Notes: generated by a model not told the origin, from the sequence alone. A stretch of 64,000 nucleotides of DNA from Candidatus Heimdallarchaeota archaeon (GCA_030603365.1 JAUVXV010000002.1:352001-416000); one strand, 5' to 3'; shown: positions 1-10,162, counted from the stretch's first letter. Translations and numbers: made by a program.

Positions 1-1
1 T

Positions 2-979
2 CATGGATTAGTTACACTGCAAGAAATAATACAGGAAATCGATCCATCTAAAGTTAAAGGAACTGTAATTATAATCCCTTCATTAAACCCAGCTGGTTTA
101 CTTGTTCTAAAAAGATCTCCATTTTACACTAGAGCTGACCCTAATAGATTATGGCCAGATCCTAAACCAAAAAAAGAGCCTAAATTGAAATATGTGGATC
201 ATTATGACGAAAATCTAGATTCTGATAAGCACCCTAATATTCAAGAAATTTTCTACACTAAATTTGCTCAGATACTCCCTGAAGTCGACTATTTTATAGA
301 TTTACATTGTCATGCCATTCGTTCTCTTCCATTCTCTTACCTGGATAGAGTTTACTATGATGAAAAGAAGGAAGGAGAAAAAGAAAAGTCAGAAGAATTA
401 TATCAGAAGACTAGGGATCTAGTTGAAGCTTATGGATTGACTCTTGTTCTTGAAGGACCTCCAAAGCATTATTTTGACGAGAAATTACAAAGATCTACAA
501 CTGGTAGTTTTGTTAATAAATTCAGAAAACCTGGATTTACTGTTGAGTTAGGAGCTACAGGTTTTGTTGATATTGATATAGTAAAAATTGCTAAAAAAGG
601 TGTATGGAATGTTCTTAAACATACAGGAATGATTGAAGGTGAGCCAATAAAAATCGATACAATCCCTGTTCTCAATGACACACTTTGGAGAGAAATAATA
701 ATCAGATCATCTTCATCTGGTTATTTTATTCCATTGGTTAAATGTGGGGAGATGATAGATAAAGGGTCACCACTTTTTGAAATTCGAGATATTTTCGGTA
801 ATATAAAAGAAACAATCATTGCTGTTGAAAGAGGAACTATTTTGGGTATGTGGGATGATATTCGCTGCTACCCGAATAGTGAACTAGCAGTTTACTTAAT
901 TGAAAATACCATTGATGTAGTTCTTCCTTGGGAATACGAGAAAAAAGATGAAGAAGATAAGAAAAATAAGAAAGATTAG
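2..979 (+). CDS. Succinylglutamate desuccinylase/aspartoacylase (M14-like) family protein, 5'-truncated by the window edge
   Basis: The frame is open from base 2 (HGLVTLQ...GTVIIIPSLNPAG...DPNRLWP) and continuous with ORF 185..979. Motifs IDLHCH and FTVELG, plus a C-terminal biotinyl-like hairpin (SGYFIPLVKCGEMIDKG). Confidence 0.8.
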   Translation, partial: HGLVTLQEIIQEIDPSKVKGTVIIIPSLNPAGLLVLKRSPFYTRADPNRLWPDPKPKKEPKLKYVDHYDENLDSDKHPNIQEIFYTKFAQILPEVDYFIDLHCHAIRSLPFSYLDRVYYDEKKEGEKEKSEELYQKTRDLVEAYGLTLVLEGPPKHYFDEKLQRSTTGSFVNKFRKPGFTVELGATGFVDIDIVKIAKKGVWNVLKHTGMIEGEPIKIDTIPVLNDTLWREIIIRSSSSGYFIPLVKCGEMIDKGSPLFEIRDIFGNIKETIIAVERGTILGMWDDIRCYPNSELAVYLIENTIDVVLPWEYEKKDEEDKKNKKD

Positions 980-986
980 ATCTAAT

Positions 987-1667
987 CTAATCCTCTTCTA
1001 TTTCCAATGAAACTATCTCGAAATCAGGTAGTTTGTTTTTGAAATCCTCTATAAATGACATATTTCCTATTCCACGACCGATATGCATTGGTATTGTGAT
1101 TTTAGCACCAATTGCTTTTGTAGCTTCAACAGCTTCATCTACATCCATTACATAAGTACCTGAAATAGGAACAAATGCAATTGTTGGTTTTAAATCATTC
1201 ATTTCAGGTATTTTATCAGCATCTCCAGCATGATAAATGGTTATTCCATCTATTTCCAATATAGCTCCAATATGACCAGATTCTTTGGGATGGAATGGAG
1301 TTTTAGTTTCAGGGTCCCTAAAACGATGAATATTGTAAGCTGGTACCGCAGAGATTTTGATTCCTTCTACTTCTATAGAATCTCCGGGATTTAATTCTTT
1401 CATGTCTTTCTTTTTATCTATCTTTTCATCAAAGATACCTTGAACTACTTGAGGTCCAATAAGAATCGTCTTTTCAGATGATATTTGATTAATAGCTTCA
1501 GGATTACAGTGATCAAAATGCTCATGACTTGAAATTACTATATCTGCAAAGGGTAAATTCGATTTACCTAATTTGTAAGGATCAAGAAAGATATGTTTTC
1601 CTTTTGCTTCAATCCAAAATGCATCATGACCTAACCAATGAATCTTAATTCCTTCATACTCATACAT
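987..1667 (-). CDS. Metallo-beta-lactamase fold hydrolase (UlaG/UPF0173-like)
   Basis: WLGHDAF, SHEHFDH (HxHxDH), YHAGD, IPMH. Confidence 0.85.
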   Translation of the reverse strand: MYEYEGIKIHWLGHDAFWIEAKGKHIFLDPYKLGKSNLPFADIVISSHEHFDHCNPEAINQISSEKTILIGPQVVQGIFDEKIDKKKDMKELNPGDSIEVEGIKISAVPAYNIHRFRDPETKTPFHPKESGHIGAILEIDGITIYHAGDADKIPEMNDLKPTIAFVPISGTYVMDVDEAVEATKAIGAKITIPMHIGRGIGNMSFIEDFKNKLPDFEIVSLEIEED

Positions 1668-1824
1668 TTTTAATCGTTAAAGAGTAAAACTATCTAATAT
1701 ATAGATTTTACGTGAAAAATTAGATTCAGAAATTTTTTTTCTTTCAAGGATATGGATTGTCATCTGGTTGATATGTCTCTCTTAAAGAAAATCTGAAAGA
1801 ATGAAAAGAAGGATGAGAAAAAGA

Positions 1825-3333
1825 CTAATAGACTCTTTTACCATCTACAAAAACAAAAATCTGTTCTGATATTATGTGAGCTTTTAGCACATCTCCCACT
1901 TTCATTTTTGCATACTCTTCTGTTTGTTCTACAACATCAACAAGTAACATTGTTTCATCCTTAAGTAGTCCTGTCAATTTAACTTCATTACCTAGATATT
2001 CGATAGTATTAATTTCTATTTCAATTGGATTGTCTGTTACTTGAGTTAAGCTAACAACTTCAGGTCTTATAACCAAGTCTACATCTGAACCAATTTTAAG
2101 GGATTCTTTGGTAGTTACTTTTATTTGTTCTCCACCTGCTAATTCAACGATATCAGACTTTATTGCCTTACCAGAAAGAGTACTAGAACTCCCGATGAAT
2201 TGACCAACAAACAATGTTTTTGGGTCAGTAAAAACTTCTGTTGGTGTTCCGTATTGTTCAATATCTCCTATATTCATAACAGCAATTCTATCACTAATAG
2301 CTAAAGCTTCAGCTTGATCGTGAGTAACATAAATTGCAGTCATACCAATAGTTTTGATAATTGACCGAATCTCTGTTCTTAGTTCTTTTCTTAGCTTAGC
2401 ATCTAGATTACTTAAAGGTTCATCACAGAGCAGTACGTCAGGTTCTACAACAATACTTCTTGCTAAGGCAATACGCTGTTGTTGACCTCCAGACAACTCT
2501 GTTGGATTTTTATCGATCTGATCTTCAAGATGAACTAATGCTAAAACTTCTTGCACTTTTTCTTTTCTGAATCGGAAGTCATAATCTACTTCTGCTTTAG
2601 CATCTAGATAGTTTTTCTTTCTGTTAACCCAGTAGTAGGGTTTGGTTAACCAGAAGAAATATAGATATAAAGGTTTAATCAAGATACTTCTTTCAAATTT
2701 GGTCTTCCTTGAAGGTAACCACTTAGGTCTCTCCGTTTTCACAAGCTCGTAAAAACTTCGGATGTCTTTCTTCATCAATCCAAATACATATTTAATGATT
2801 CTGAAGGGAATTTTCTCCTCACTCTCAAAGATTTCCTTGAGAATTTCAGAACTGGAATTCCAAACTTCTTCTGTAGTTTTGCCTAGAGCATAATCAACTA
2901 ATTTTTGTGCAATTTCCTCTATCTCTTTAGTAGCAGCATATGGTGTAAAATTAAGTTTTGTAATTACTCCAGAATCGTCTACGTTAATATAGAATACTAC
3001 TTTTTCTTTCAATCGCAATTTAAGACCATATTCCACATTCTTGAAAATAGTCATATGAGGCCATAATGCATAATTTTGGAATATCATTGCAGTATTTCTT
3101 TTCTGTGGAGGTAAAATAGTTACTTCTTTATCCCCAATATAGACTTGACCTTCGTAAGGTTCAACAAATCCTGCTATTGCTCTTAGTAATGTAGTTTTAC
3201 CACAACCACTTGGTCCAAGAAGTGTAGTGATTTCACCATCATTGATATCTAAACTGAGATTTTCTACAACTATAAAATCATCATAAGCAATACTAACCTG
3301 TTTATATTTTATAGAGACCATAATTCTCAACAC
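1825..3333 (-). CDS. ABC transporter ATP-binding subunit (MalK/PotA class) with a ~145-aa internal insertion; probable start 3321
   Basis: Walker [10 protein letters not shown]-loop FQNYALWPH, LSGGQQQR, Walker B LLCDEP, H-loop YVTHD, C-terminal TOBE-like region. Confidence 0.9.
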   Translation of the reverse strand: MLRIMVSIKYKQVSIAYDDFIVVENLSLDINDGEITTLLGPSGCGKTTLLRAIAGFVEPYEGQVYIGDKEVTILPPQKRNTAMIFQNYALWPHMTIFKNVEYGLKLRLKEKVVFYINVDDSGVITKLNFTPYAATKEIEEIAQKLVDYALGKTTEEVWNSSSEILKEIFESEEKIPFRIIKYVFGLMKKDIRSFYELVKTERPKWLPSRKTKFERSILIKPLYLYFFWLTKPYYWVNRKKNYLDAKAEVDYDFRFRKEKVQEVLALVHLEDQIDKNPTELSGGQQQRIALARSIVVEPDVLLCDEPLSNLDAKLRKELRTEIRSIIKTIGMTAIYVTHDQAEALAISDRIAVMNIGDIEQYGTPTEVFTDPKTLFVGQFIGSSSTLSGKAIKSDIVELAGGEQIKVTTKESLKIGSDVDLVIRPEVVSLTQVTDNPIEIEINTIEYLGNEVKLTGLLKDETMLLVDVVEQTEEYAKMKVGDVLKAHIISEQIFVFVDGKRVY

Positions 3334-3570
3334 TTTCTAGCTTGAGAACTGATAACTCCTTAAGTATAAAAATTTTTTCTGAACAATCGAAGAATTGAGT
3401 TACAATACTTTTGAGTATTGATTATTTCTGAAGAACGTAAGTTTACAGTCTTTCAAGTGACTAAATCTGCAGAAATATCTTATTTAGATGAGATTTCAAG
3501 AATTGATTTCATAGGAGAAAAGATAAAAAGGGAGGGTATTTTAAGAATTTAGACATTAAGAGGTGCCAAT

Positions 3571-4806
3571 ATGGCTAAAAGAAATCCAACAAAATTTTTG
3601 AAAGAAGAATATCAGAAGATTCAAGCTGAAGGAAGAGAATGGGTACATAGAACACTCGAAACCCCTTCTGAAACACAAGTCAAAGTAGATGGAAAAGAAT
3701 TACTAATGCTCTGTTCCAACAATTACCTTAACCTTAGCAATCATCCTCATCTGAGAAAAAAAGCGATTGAAGCAGTTGAGAAATATGGTGCAGGTTCAGG
3801 TTCAGTACGAGCAATAGCTGGTAATATGGCCATCCATGAAGAATGGGAGAGAAAACATGCAGACTTTAAAGAACAAGAAGCTTCTATGGTCTGGATGTCA
3901 GGGTTCATAGCTAATGAAGGTGCAATACCAACATTAGTTAGAAGAGATGATTATATTATTTCAGATCAACTTAATCATGGTTCAATCATTGACGGTGTTC
4001 GATTAACAAAAGCAATTAGGACCATTTATGACCACTGTGACCTAGGTAGTCTTGAAGAAAGACTAAAAGAAGCAGATGCTGCTGATCCAAACGGAGAAAA
4101 GCGAATTTTGGTTATAACTGATGGTGTATTTTCTATGGATGGAGATACGGCTCCGCTTGATGGAATACAAAAATTATCTGAAGAATATGGCGCACTTATA
4201 TTTGTTGATGATGCACATGGAGATGGAGTTTTAGGTCGTAATAAGAAAGGAAAGGGAATTGTTGATCACTTTGATCTACAAGGTAAAGTTCAGATTGAAA
4301 TGAATACTTACTCCAAAGCCATGGGTGTTGTAGGGGGAGCTATTGTCGGCTCTCAAGATTTAGTTAATTATCTTCGAAATACAGGACGCTCTTACTTATT
4401 GAGTGGGTCTCAACCCCCAGCTGTTGCTGGTGCTGCTCTTGGTTCATTAGAACTTCTAGATCCCAAATCTGAACATCATATCCCTGTTGTGGAGAAACTT
4501 CTAGAAAACTGTAGTTACTTTAAGAGCAAAATAGTGGATATGGGTTACGGACATGAAATAACTGTTGCTTCAGCAAAATGTCCTACAGCAATCGTTCCAA
4601 TAATTTGTGGAGAAAATGAAGTTGCTAAGAATCTAAGTGATAGACTCATGGATGAAGGTATTTTCGCCCTGCCTATTGTCTTTCCAATGGTACCTAGAGG
4701 TACTGCTAGAATTCGAGTAATGATGAATGCAGGTCTAACCAAAGAAGATTTAGATTTTGCTTTAATGAAGTTCGAAGATTTAGGAAGAGAATTGAAAATC
4801 TTCTAA
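3571..4806 (+). CDS. kbl: Glycine C-acetyltransferase (2-amino-3-ketobutyrate CoA ligase) / BioF family PLP enzyme
   Basis: CSNNYL, GAGSGSVR, LNHGSIIDG, TDGVFSMDGD, VDDAHG, TYSKAMG (PLP Lys), ARIRV. Confidence 0.8.
   Translation: MAKRNPTKFLKEEYQKIQAEGREWVHRTLETPSETQVKVDGKELLMLCSNNYLNLSNHPHLRKKAIEAVEKYGAGSGSVRAIAGNMAIHEEWERKHADFKEQEASMVWMSGFIANEGAIPTLVRRDDYIISDQLNHGSIIDGVRLTKAIRTIYDHCDLGSLEERLKEADAADPNGEKRILVITDGVFSMDGDTAPLDGIQKLSEEYGALIFVDDAHGDGVLGRNKKGKGIVDHFDLQGKVQIEMNTYSKAMGVVGGAIVGSQDLVNYLRNTGRSYLLSGSQPPAVAGAALGSLELLDPKSEHHIPVVEKLLENCSYFKSKIVDMGYGHEITVASAKCPTAIVPIICGENEVAKNLSDRLMDEGIFALPIVFPMVPRGTARIRVMMNAGLTKEDLDFALMKFEDLGRELKIF
4711..4806 (+). repeat. Direct repeat copy 1 (last 31 codons plus stop of kbl)
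   Basis: 84/96 nt identical to 8374..8469, ungapped. Confidence 0.9.
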
Positions 4807-4825
4807 TTTTTTTATTTTTTATTTA
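4807..4825 (+). terminator. Archaeal oligo-T terminator candidate after kbl
   Basis: T-rich tract (tttttttattttttattt) directly after the stop codon. Confidence 0.45.
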
Positions 4826-5022
4826 TGACTGACAGTTAAGATTCAAGAAATCCAATTGAAATAATAAGAATAACTAAAATTGTTATTTTCCCTTGCTATT
4901 TGATTATTTTTCCTATTTTTTTGAACAATTCTTTGATAAGTTTATATTCTCATCTAATTTTGGAGAGAATAAGAATATTTCTCTAGCACTTAAAAAGAAA
5001 AAAAAGATAAAAGAGAAACAAA

Positions 5023-7992
5023 TCAGCTTTTTTCATGATTTCTGCGTTTAATATAGTATAAGACAAACACTGCTGTAATGCTTACAATAGTAAAGAAAAT
5101 GCTCTGACTGAATTCAGGTACTGCTGGTGTCACATTTACAATAACTGTATCTTTTGCTGAGTTACCAGCTTGGTCCAAAACAGTTATTGTGTAATTATAA
5201 AAACCAATTTCCAAGCTATCGACATTAATAGTGATTGCTATACCAGATTCCCATATATCTACTTTCTCAATAATTCCATCTTTGTAGATAGTGTAGGTTC
5301 CAGGATTAGTATCAGTAGCTACCCAACTAATAGAATTACCTGTTAGATCATAGGGATAATCTATATCTGGAGGATTATCAATTGATGGAAAAGCTGTATC
5401 TACAATTACAATTCTATAATCAGAGAATACTCCAATATCTTCATCATTATCAATAGCAGCTACTCGCCAATAATAAATATCATCAAGAAGAGGTGAGGTG
5501 ATAGCATAGGTTGTAGTGTCAGCTGTAATATTCAATAGTAAAGCATCAAATGCTGAGCTAGTATCAATTTGGAATTGATAAGATGACGCTCCTGAAACAC
5601 TTATCCATACGAAACTAGGAGTATTATCATTTATTACTAATCCATTGTTCGGAGAAAATAATTCAGGAGATTGTGTTAGTATTGTTTTATATGAAATAGA
5701 AAGAGAGTTCACAGTTGGGGAAATAAAGGGATTAAAAGTTGTTAAAACTGCTTTCCATAATAAGTGATTTCCATTATAAAGAAAAGAATGTTCAGTATTA
5801 TTCATTACTTCCTCCCAATGAATTCCATTATCTGCAGACATAAAGTAAGAGATGGATGTATCATCAGGTGTCAAACTAGAAGCAGTTAGAGTCGCACTTG
5901 TCAAAGAAATGTGCTCTTCATGATAAATTTCTTTTGATTGAGCGTTACTATTAGATTCAAATTGATCACACATATTTTTCCTCACTTCTAGTATCTTTAA
6001 TCCTTCGTTATAATCAGCCACATATGCATAGTTTCCTGAAACAATAACTTTTTTTGAATTTCCACTTGTGCCTGAAATATCTATAACATCTGGGTTAGTT
6101 GGATCTGTAATGTTAACAATTGTAATTCCAGCAGTACTTGTAGCTATGTATGCATAATCTCCCGACACATATACGTCTTGTGCGCTATCTACAGTACTAC
6201 AAGAACCAACAATTTCCGGATTATAGGGATCTGTTATATTAATAACTTTCAATCCATAACTGCTATCTGCAACATAAGCATAATCTCCTGAAACACATAT
6301 TCCTCGAGCATTTCCTTGAATATCATAAGAAGCTACGGAAGATAGAGACCAAATATCTGTAATATCTTCAATGAATAGTCCACTAGAACCATCTGCTATG
6401 TAAGCATAATTTCCAGAAACAAAAACATCATAAGCTTCACCATTCGTTGATACTCGATCTACATAAACAGGAGAAGCAGGACCTAGACTGCTTTCAAGAT
6501 TTATTATAATCATTCCTTGACTACCCACTGCATAGTAGAGATAATTGCCAGCAATATCTAAACTGTAACCTTCCCCAGGTTCCCTAAACTCATTAAGGAA
6601 AACTGGATTTGTGGGATCAGTCATATTATAAGCATATATTCCTGCTTCAAACATACTACCATCATAAAATGCTAGATAACCATAATCACCAAAAACATGG
6701 AAATCATAGCACTCAAATGAAGGTTCCAGATAAAACTCAAGACTCCCAACTATGGAAATGTCATTCTGATTGCTTATATTCACTATCTTTGTTGTAATAC
6801 CACCAGGAACATAAGCATAGTCACCAGAAATATGTACATTGTAAGCAGTAAATCCTGATACAGAGATGGAATCAGCTAAAGCTGGAGTTATTTCCTCATT
6901 TATCTTAATTACTTGTAATCCTGCAGAATAACATGCAATATATGCATAAGAACCTTCTATATGTATATCGAGAGCATTATCTGGTAATAAACAATTTCCC
7001 AGAAATTTAGGTGATGAAGGCTTGGTAATATCATAAACTAATAATCCATTTTCGCTGTACTTATCTGTAATATAGGCAAAATCACCGTCAATGTGAATAT
7101 CATTAGCATAAACAGGTAAATCAGAATTAAATATACTATAAGGATTTCTAATATCTGTTATATCTAGAACATGAAAACCATCTTCTCCTGCTGCAATGTA
7201 TGCAAAATTTCCAGAAACACTTACTTTACATACTTGGCTTGAGCTATATGAGCTTATGTAACCAATGGTAAAAGGTCTTGTAATATTTATAATAGTCATT
7301 CCACTTGTATTAGTTGCTACAAAAGCATAATTTGCTTCAATGCATACACCAATAGCTGATCCAGTTGTACTATAACTATCGCTTTGCCAAGGATTTGAAG
7401 GATCTAATAGAAACACACCTTTTAATCCATTTGTACCAGCAGCAAGATAAGCATAATCACCGGATATACAAAGATCTACTGCAACCCCTGTATTATATGA
7501 ACCCACTAACACTGGAGATGAAGGATCAGTAATGTTCACCACTTGAAAACTATTGATAGCATCAGTGACATACGCATAATTTCCATCAACACAAACATCA
7601 TAAGCATAACCAGTATCATAAGAACTTACATATATTGGAGACTTAGGTTGAGAGATATTAAGAATCTTTAAACCATTATCCCAATCAGCAATAAATACAT
7701 AATCACCAAAAACATCTAATCCAAGACTATAGCTAGTAGTTGGATAACTTCCCATTATTTCAGGAGTTTTGTGAGCACTTACTAAAGAACCATCTCCCCA
7801 TCCTGATGTATTTGTATTTGTCACATCCAAATAATTTATTGTAGTAAAATCCTCTACAAAAGTATCAGATGCACCATGAACTACAGAGATATTATCCATA
7901 AATGGATTACTAATTGTAAGAAAACTGAAGAATAAACTAAGTATCATTAACCTCCCATTCAATTTATTTTTGCTTTTAATCATTTCAAACAA
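5023..7992 (-). CDS. Secreted LVIVD-repeat beta-propeller surface protein with Ig/FN3-like domains and a PEF-CTERM-like sorting signal
   Basis: N-terminal hydrophobic signal; about a dozen ~42-aa repeats of the type V-x-V-S-G-[DN]-Y-A-Y-[IV]-A-x(4)-G-L-x-[IV]-[IV]-[ND]-I-T-D-P; YYWRVAAID; C-terminal VPEFS + transmembrane helix + KRR. Confidence 0.85.
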   Translation of the reverse strand: MFEMIKSKNKLNGRLMILSLFFSFLTISNPFMDNISVVHGASDTFVEDFTTINYLDVTNTNTSGWGDGSLVSAHKTPEIMGSYPTTSYSLGLDVFGDYVFIADWDNGLKILNISQPKSPIYVSSYDTGYAYDVCVDGNYAYVTDAINSFQVVNITDPSSPVLVGSYNTGVAVDLCISGDYAYLAAGTNGLKGVFLLDPSNPWQSDSYSTTGSAIGVCIEANYAFVATNTSGMTIINITRPFTIGYISSYSSSQVCKVSVSGNFAYIAAGEDGFHVLDITDIRNPYSIFNSDLPVYANDIHIDGDFAYITDKYSENGLLVYDITKPSSPKFLGNCLLPDNALDIHIEGSYAYIACYSAGLQVIKINEEITPALADSISVSGFTAYNVHISGDYAYVPGGITTKIVNISNQNDISIVGSLEFYLEPSFECYDFHVFGDYGYLAFYDGSMFEAGIYAYNMTDPTNPVFLNEFREPGEGYSLDIAGNYLYYAVGSQGMIIINLESSLGPASPVYVDRVSTNGEAYDVFVSGNYAYIADGSSGLFIEDITDIWSLSSVASYDIQGNARGICVSGDYAYVADSSYGLKVINITDPYNPEIVGSCSTVDSAQDVYVSGDYAYIATSTAGITIVNITDPTNPDVIDISGTSGNSKKVIVSGNYAYVADYNEGLKILEVRKNMCDQFESNSNAQSKEIYHEEHISLTSATLTASSLTPDDTSISYFMSADNGIHWEEVMNNTEHSFLYNGNHLLWKAVLTTFNPFISPTVNSLSISYKTILTQSPELFSPNNGLVINDNTPSFVWISVSGASSYQFQIDTSSAFDALLLNITADTTTYAITSPLLDDIYYWRVAAIDNDEDIGVFSDYRIVIVDTAFPSIDNPPDIDYPYDLTGNSISWVATDTNPGTYTIYKDGIIEKVDIWESGIAITINVDSLEIGFYNYTITVLDQAGNSAKDTVIVNVTPAVPEFSQSIFFTIVSITAVFVLYYIKRRNHEKS

Positions 7993-8116
7993 CTCTAATA
8001 ATTAATCTAATAATAAATAATAGTAGGGTAAAATAAAAAGATTTCGAGAAAAATACTAGCTATATTCAATCATAAGAAATCAAGGCCAACAGATAGTTTT
8101 ATAAGAGAATCATTTA

Positions 8117-8359
8117 GTCGAAAGAAAACTTCGGTTTAGTTTTGTTTAAGAGGAGAGAAGGATAAAAAATAGAGTAAAAATGGATGAGATTGGAATATTT
8201 TTATAATAGATTTTTGTCGAGGAAAAAATTCGACTAAATTGTTGCATCATTAAAGAAGAAAAAACTATTGAGTAATTAGAGAGCTTAAAACTAGCTTTTG
8301 TTAATGTTGTTGTATGTTAGAGATGACACTGAATTGTCTAGTCGTTAATTAGAAACGAC
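8117..8359. promoter_or_regulatory. Three palindromic GTCG-N11-CG(A/G)(C/T) sites, putative operators or recombination sites
   Basis: 8117-8135 gtcg-aaagaaaactt-cggt; 8216-8234 gtcg-aggaaaaaatt-cgac; 8341-8359 gtcg-ttaattagaaa-cgac. Confidence 0.5.
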
Positions 8360-8373
8360 TTAGGGGATTATTG

Positions 8374-8469
8374 ATTCGTGCCATGATGAATGCTGATCTA
8401 ACTAAGGAAGACTTAGATTTTGCTTTAATGGAATTTGAAGATTTAGGAAGAGAATTAAAAATCTTCTAA
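8374..8469 (+). pseudogene. Direct repeat copy 2: orphan 3' fragment of kbl (IRAMMNADLTKEDLDFALMEFEDLGRELKIF*)
   Basis: 87.5% identical to 4711..4806; 7 of the 10 differing codons are synonymous. Confidence 0.85.
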
Positions 8470-8639
8470 ATCTTCTTCTCTATTTCTTTTTATTCATTTT
8501 TTCCTATAGAATTCAAAGTAGTTTATTTGAGATAACTTATGTTTTTCTTACTTTTTCATATTACAACCTAGAATTCTTACTTCACAATTCTTAAAAGCAA
8601 GTTTTGTTCAGATGAAATGTAGTGGATTAAGGATCTAAA

Positions 8640-9188
8640 ATGAAAAATCAAAAAGAAGGATACTTCTCTTCACAGAGAGGAAAAAGGTTCATTAAATTTT
8701 TTCTTATTGGTATGACTGGTTGGGGATTAAACTTGCTTTTCCTCTTTCTCTTTGGTTTATTGTTGGATGCATTTTTCGTGAACGATATTCTTGTTATAAT
8801 ATGGGTTTTTGTTATAAGAAAGGGAGTTGTTGCATCTTTACTTTCCATGATAATTGTCTTTGTTTTTACTTTCGTAATGAATAAAATTTGGACCTTTAGA
8901 GAACAAGGAAGGGAATTTCAGCCAAATACACTCTTTCAATTCTTTCAGTTCACATTAATTGGTTTAACTGGATTTGCTCTATTTACGGGATTTATGTTAT
9001 GGCTTCATGGCTCATTAAACTGGAACGAATACCTTGCTTCAAGTATAGCATTTTTTGTAGGCTTGGTTAATAATTTTATTTGGAATGATTTGTGGACTTT
9101 CAATCCTAAATTAATAGAAAAAAGGAAACTTAAACGTGAAAATAAAGAACTAAGAAAAAACAAGCAAACATTATCTGAAGAAGAATAA
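8640..9188 (+). CDS. GtrA family membrane protein
   Basis: RFIKFFLIG, four transmembrane helices, FVMNKIWTF and NFIWNDLWTF repeats. Confidence 0.8.
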   Translation: MKNQKEGYFSSQRGKRFIKFFLIGMTGWGLNLLFLFLFGLLLDAFFVNDILVIIWVFVIRKGVVASLLSMIIVFVFTFVMNKIWTFREQGREFQPNTLFQFFQFTLIGLTGFALFTGFMLWLHGSLNWNEYLASSIAFFVGLVNNFIWNDLWTFNPKLIEKRKLKRENKELRKNKQTLSEEE

Positions 9189-9190
9189 AA

Positions 9191-10162
9191 TTAAGTTATA
9201 TTGTATAATCGTCTTAAAGAGAGATTTGGATATCTTGGAGAGAACTTCAGTAAAGGATATTCTTTTGCAGGAAATCTAGCCCATAGAAATCTAATTTCTT
9301 TCTCTTCTAAAGCCCGTCTTACAAATCTTAAGAGAATTTTTTCTTCTTTAATAATCTCTTCTTCATCAATCTTTGATGATAGCAATTTTGTATCAGATAT
9401 ATCAAACTCTATTACGTTCATCGGGAAGCTCTGAATTTCCTGGAATTTAATATCAATGTGATTTTCCTCTACATCAATGATAAGAAAACCCTTTGGCTCA
9501 ATAGTTTCCATAAAGCTAGTTTTAATTATAGATCCCGTATACTGGACTTTCCCTACTTGAATACGTTGAGCTCTGTGAATGTGACCTGAAATAACTACAA
9601 GAAGGTTTTCTGGCAGAATAAGAGAATTCAAGGTGTCTGATCGATTGGTAAACATATGATTATGTGGACCAAAACATGCTCCATCAAATAGCTGATGACA
9701 GAGTATGATATAATTTCTCTTTGGATTGTCTACCATAATTTCTTTTACTCTGTTGAACACAGATACAGGATTTTTTGCTTCAAAAGGAAACCCGATTATT
9801 GATACTTCATCAAAATCAATTACTGAGAGTTTATTCATAAAATGCAATTTGTCAGAAAGATGGTTTAGAAGGGTTTCAGGAAGATGTGATCTGTCATGAT
9901 TACCAGGTATAGCAGCGAAATTAATGTCCTCATCTGTGAAATTTTCAATTATTTGGTAGGATTTGGAAACTAACTCTTTTTTTGGTCGAGAACGATTAAA
10001 CATATCTCCACCATGGAGTACTAGATCAACTTGATTTTTTCCTGCAAAATCTAGAGTTTTTGAGAATACTTCAAAGGTTCTTTTTATCTGTTCTTTTTTT
10101 GTCTGAGATGTTCTACCATATTCATAACCAAAATGTGTATCAGAAAGTGCTAGAATCCTCAT
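9191..10162 (-). CDS. Mre11/SbcD-like DNA repair metallophosphoesterase
   Basis: SDTHFG, GGDMF, PGNHD, CHQ, SGHIH, YTGS...SFME...KGF. Confidence 0.85.
   Translation of the reverse strand: MRILALSDTHFGYEYGRTSQTKKEQIKRTFEVFSKTLDFAGKNQVDLVLHGGDMFNRSRPKKELVSKSYQIIENFTDEDINFAAIPGNHDRSHLPETLLNHLSDKLHFMNKLSVIDFDEVSIIGFPFEAKNPVSVFNRVKEIMVDNPKRNYIILCHQLFDGACFGPHNHMFTNRSDTLNSLILPENLLVVISGHIHRAQRIQVGKVQYTGSIIKTSFMETIEPKGFLIIDVEENHIDIKFQEIQSFPMNVIEFDISDTKLLSSKIDEEEIIKEEKILLRFVRRALEEKEIRFLWARFPAKEYPLLKFSPRYPNLSLRRLYNIT

Noticed and set aside
2575-3012. Intein in the ABC ATPase
   Set aside because: No N-terminal Cys/Ser block, no C-terminal HN followed by C/S/T, and no LAGLIDADG motif.
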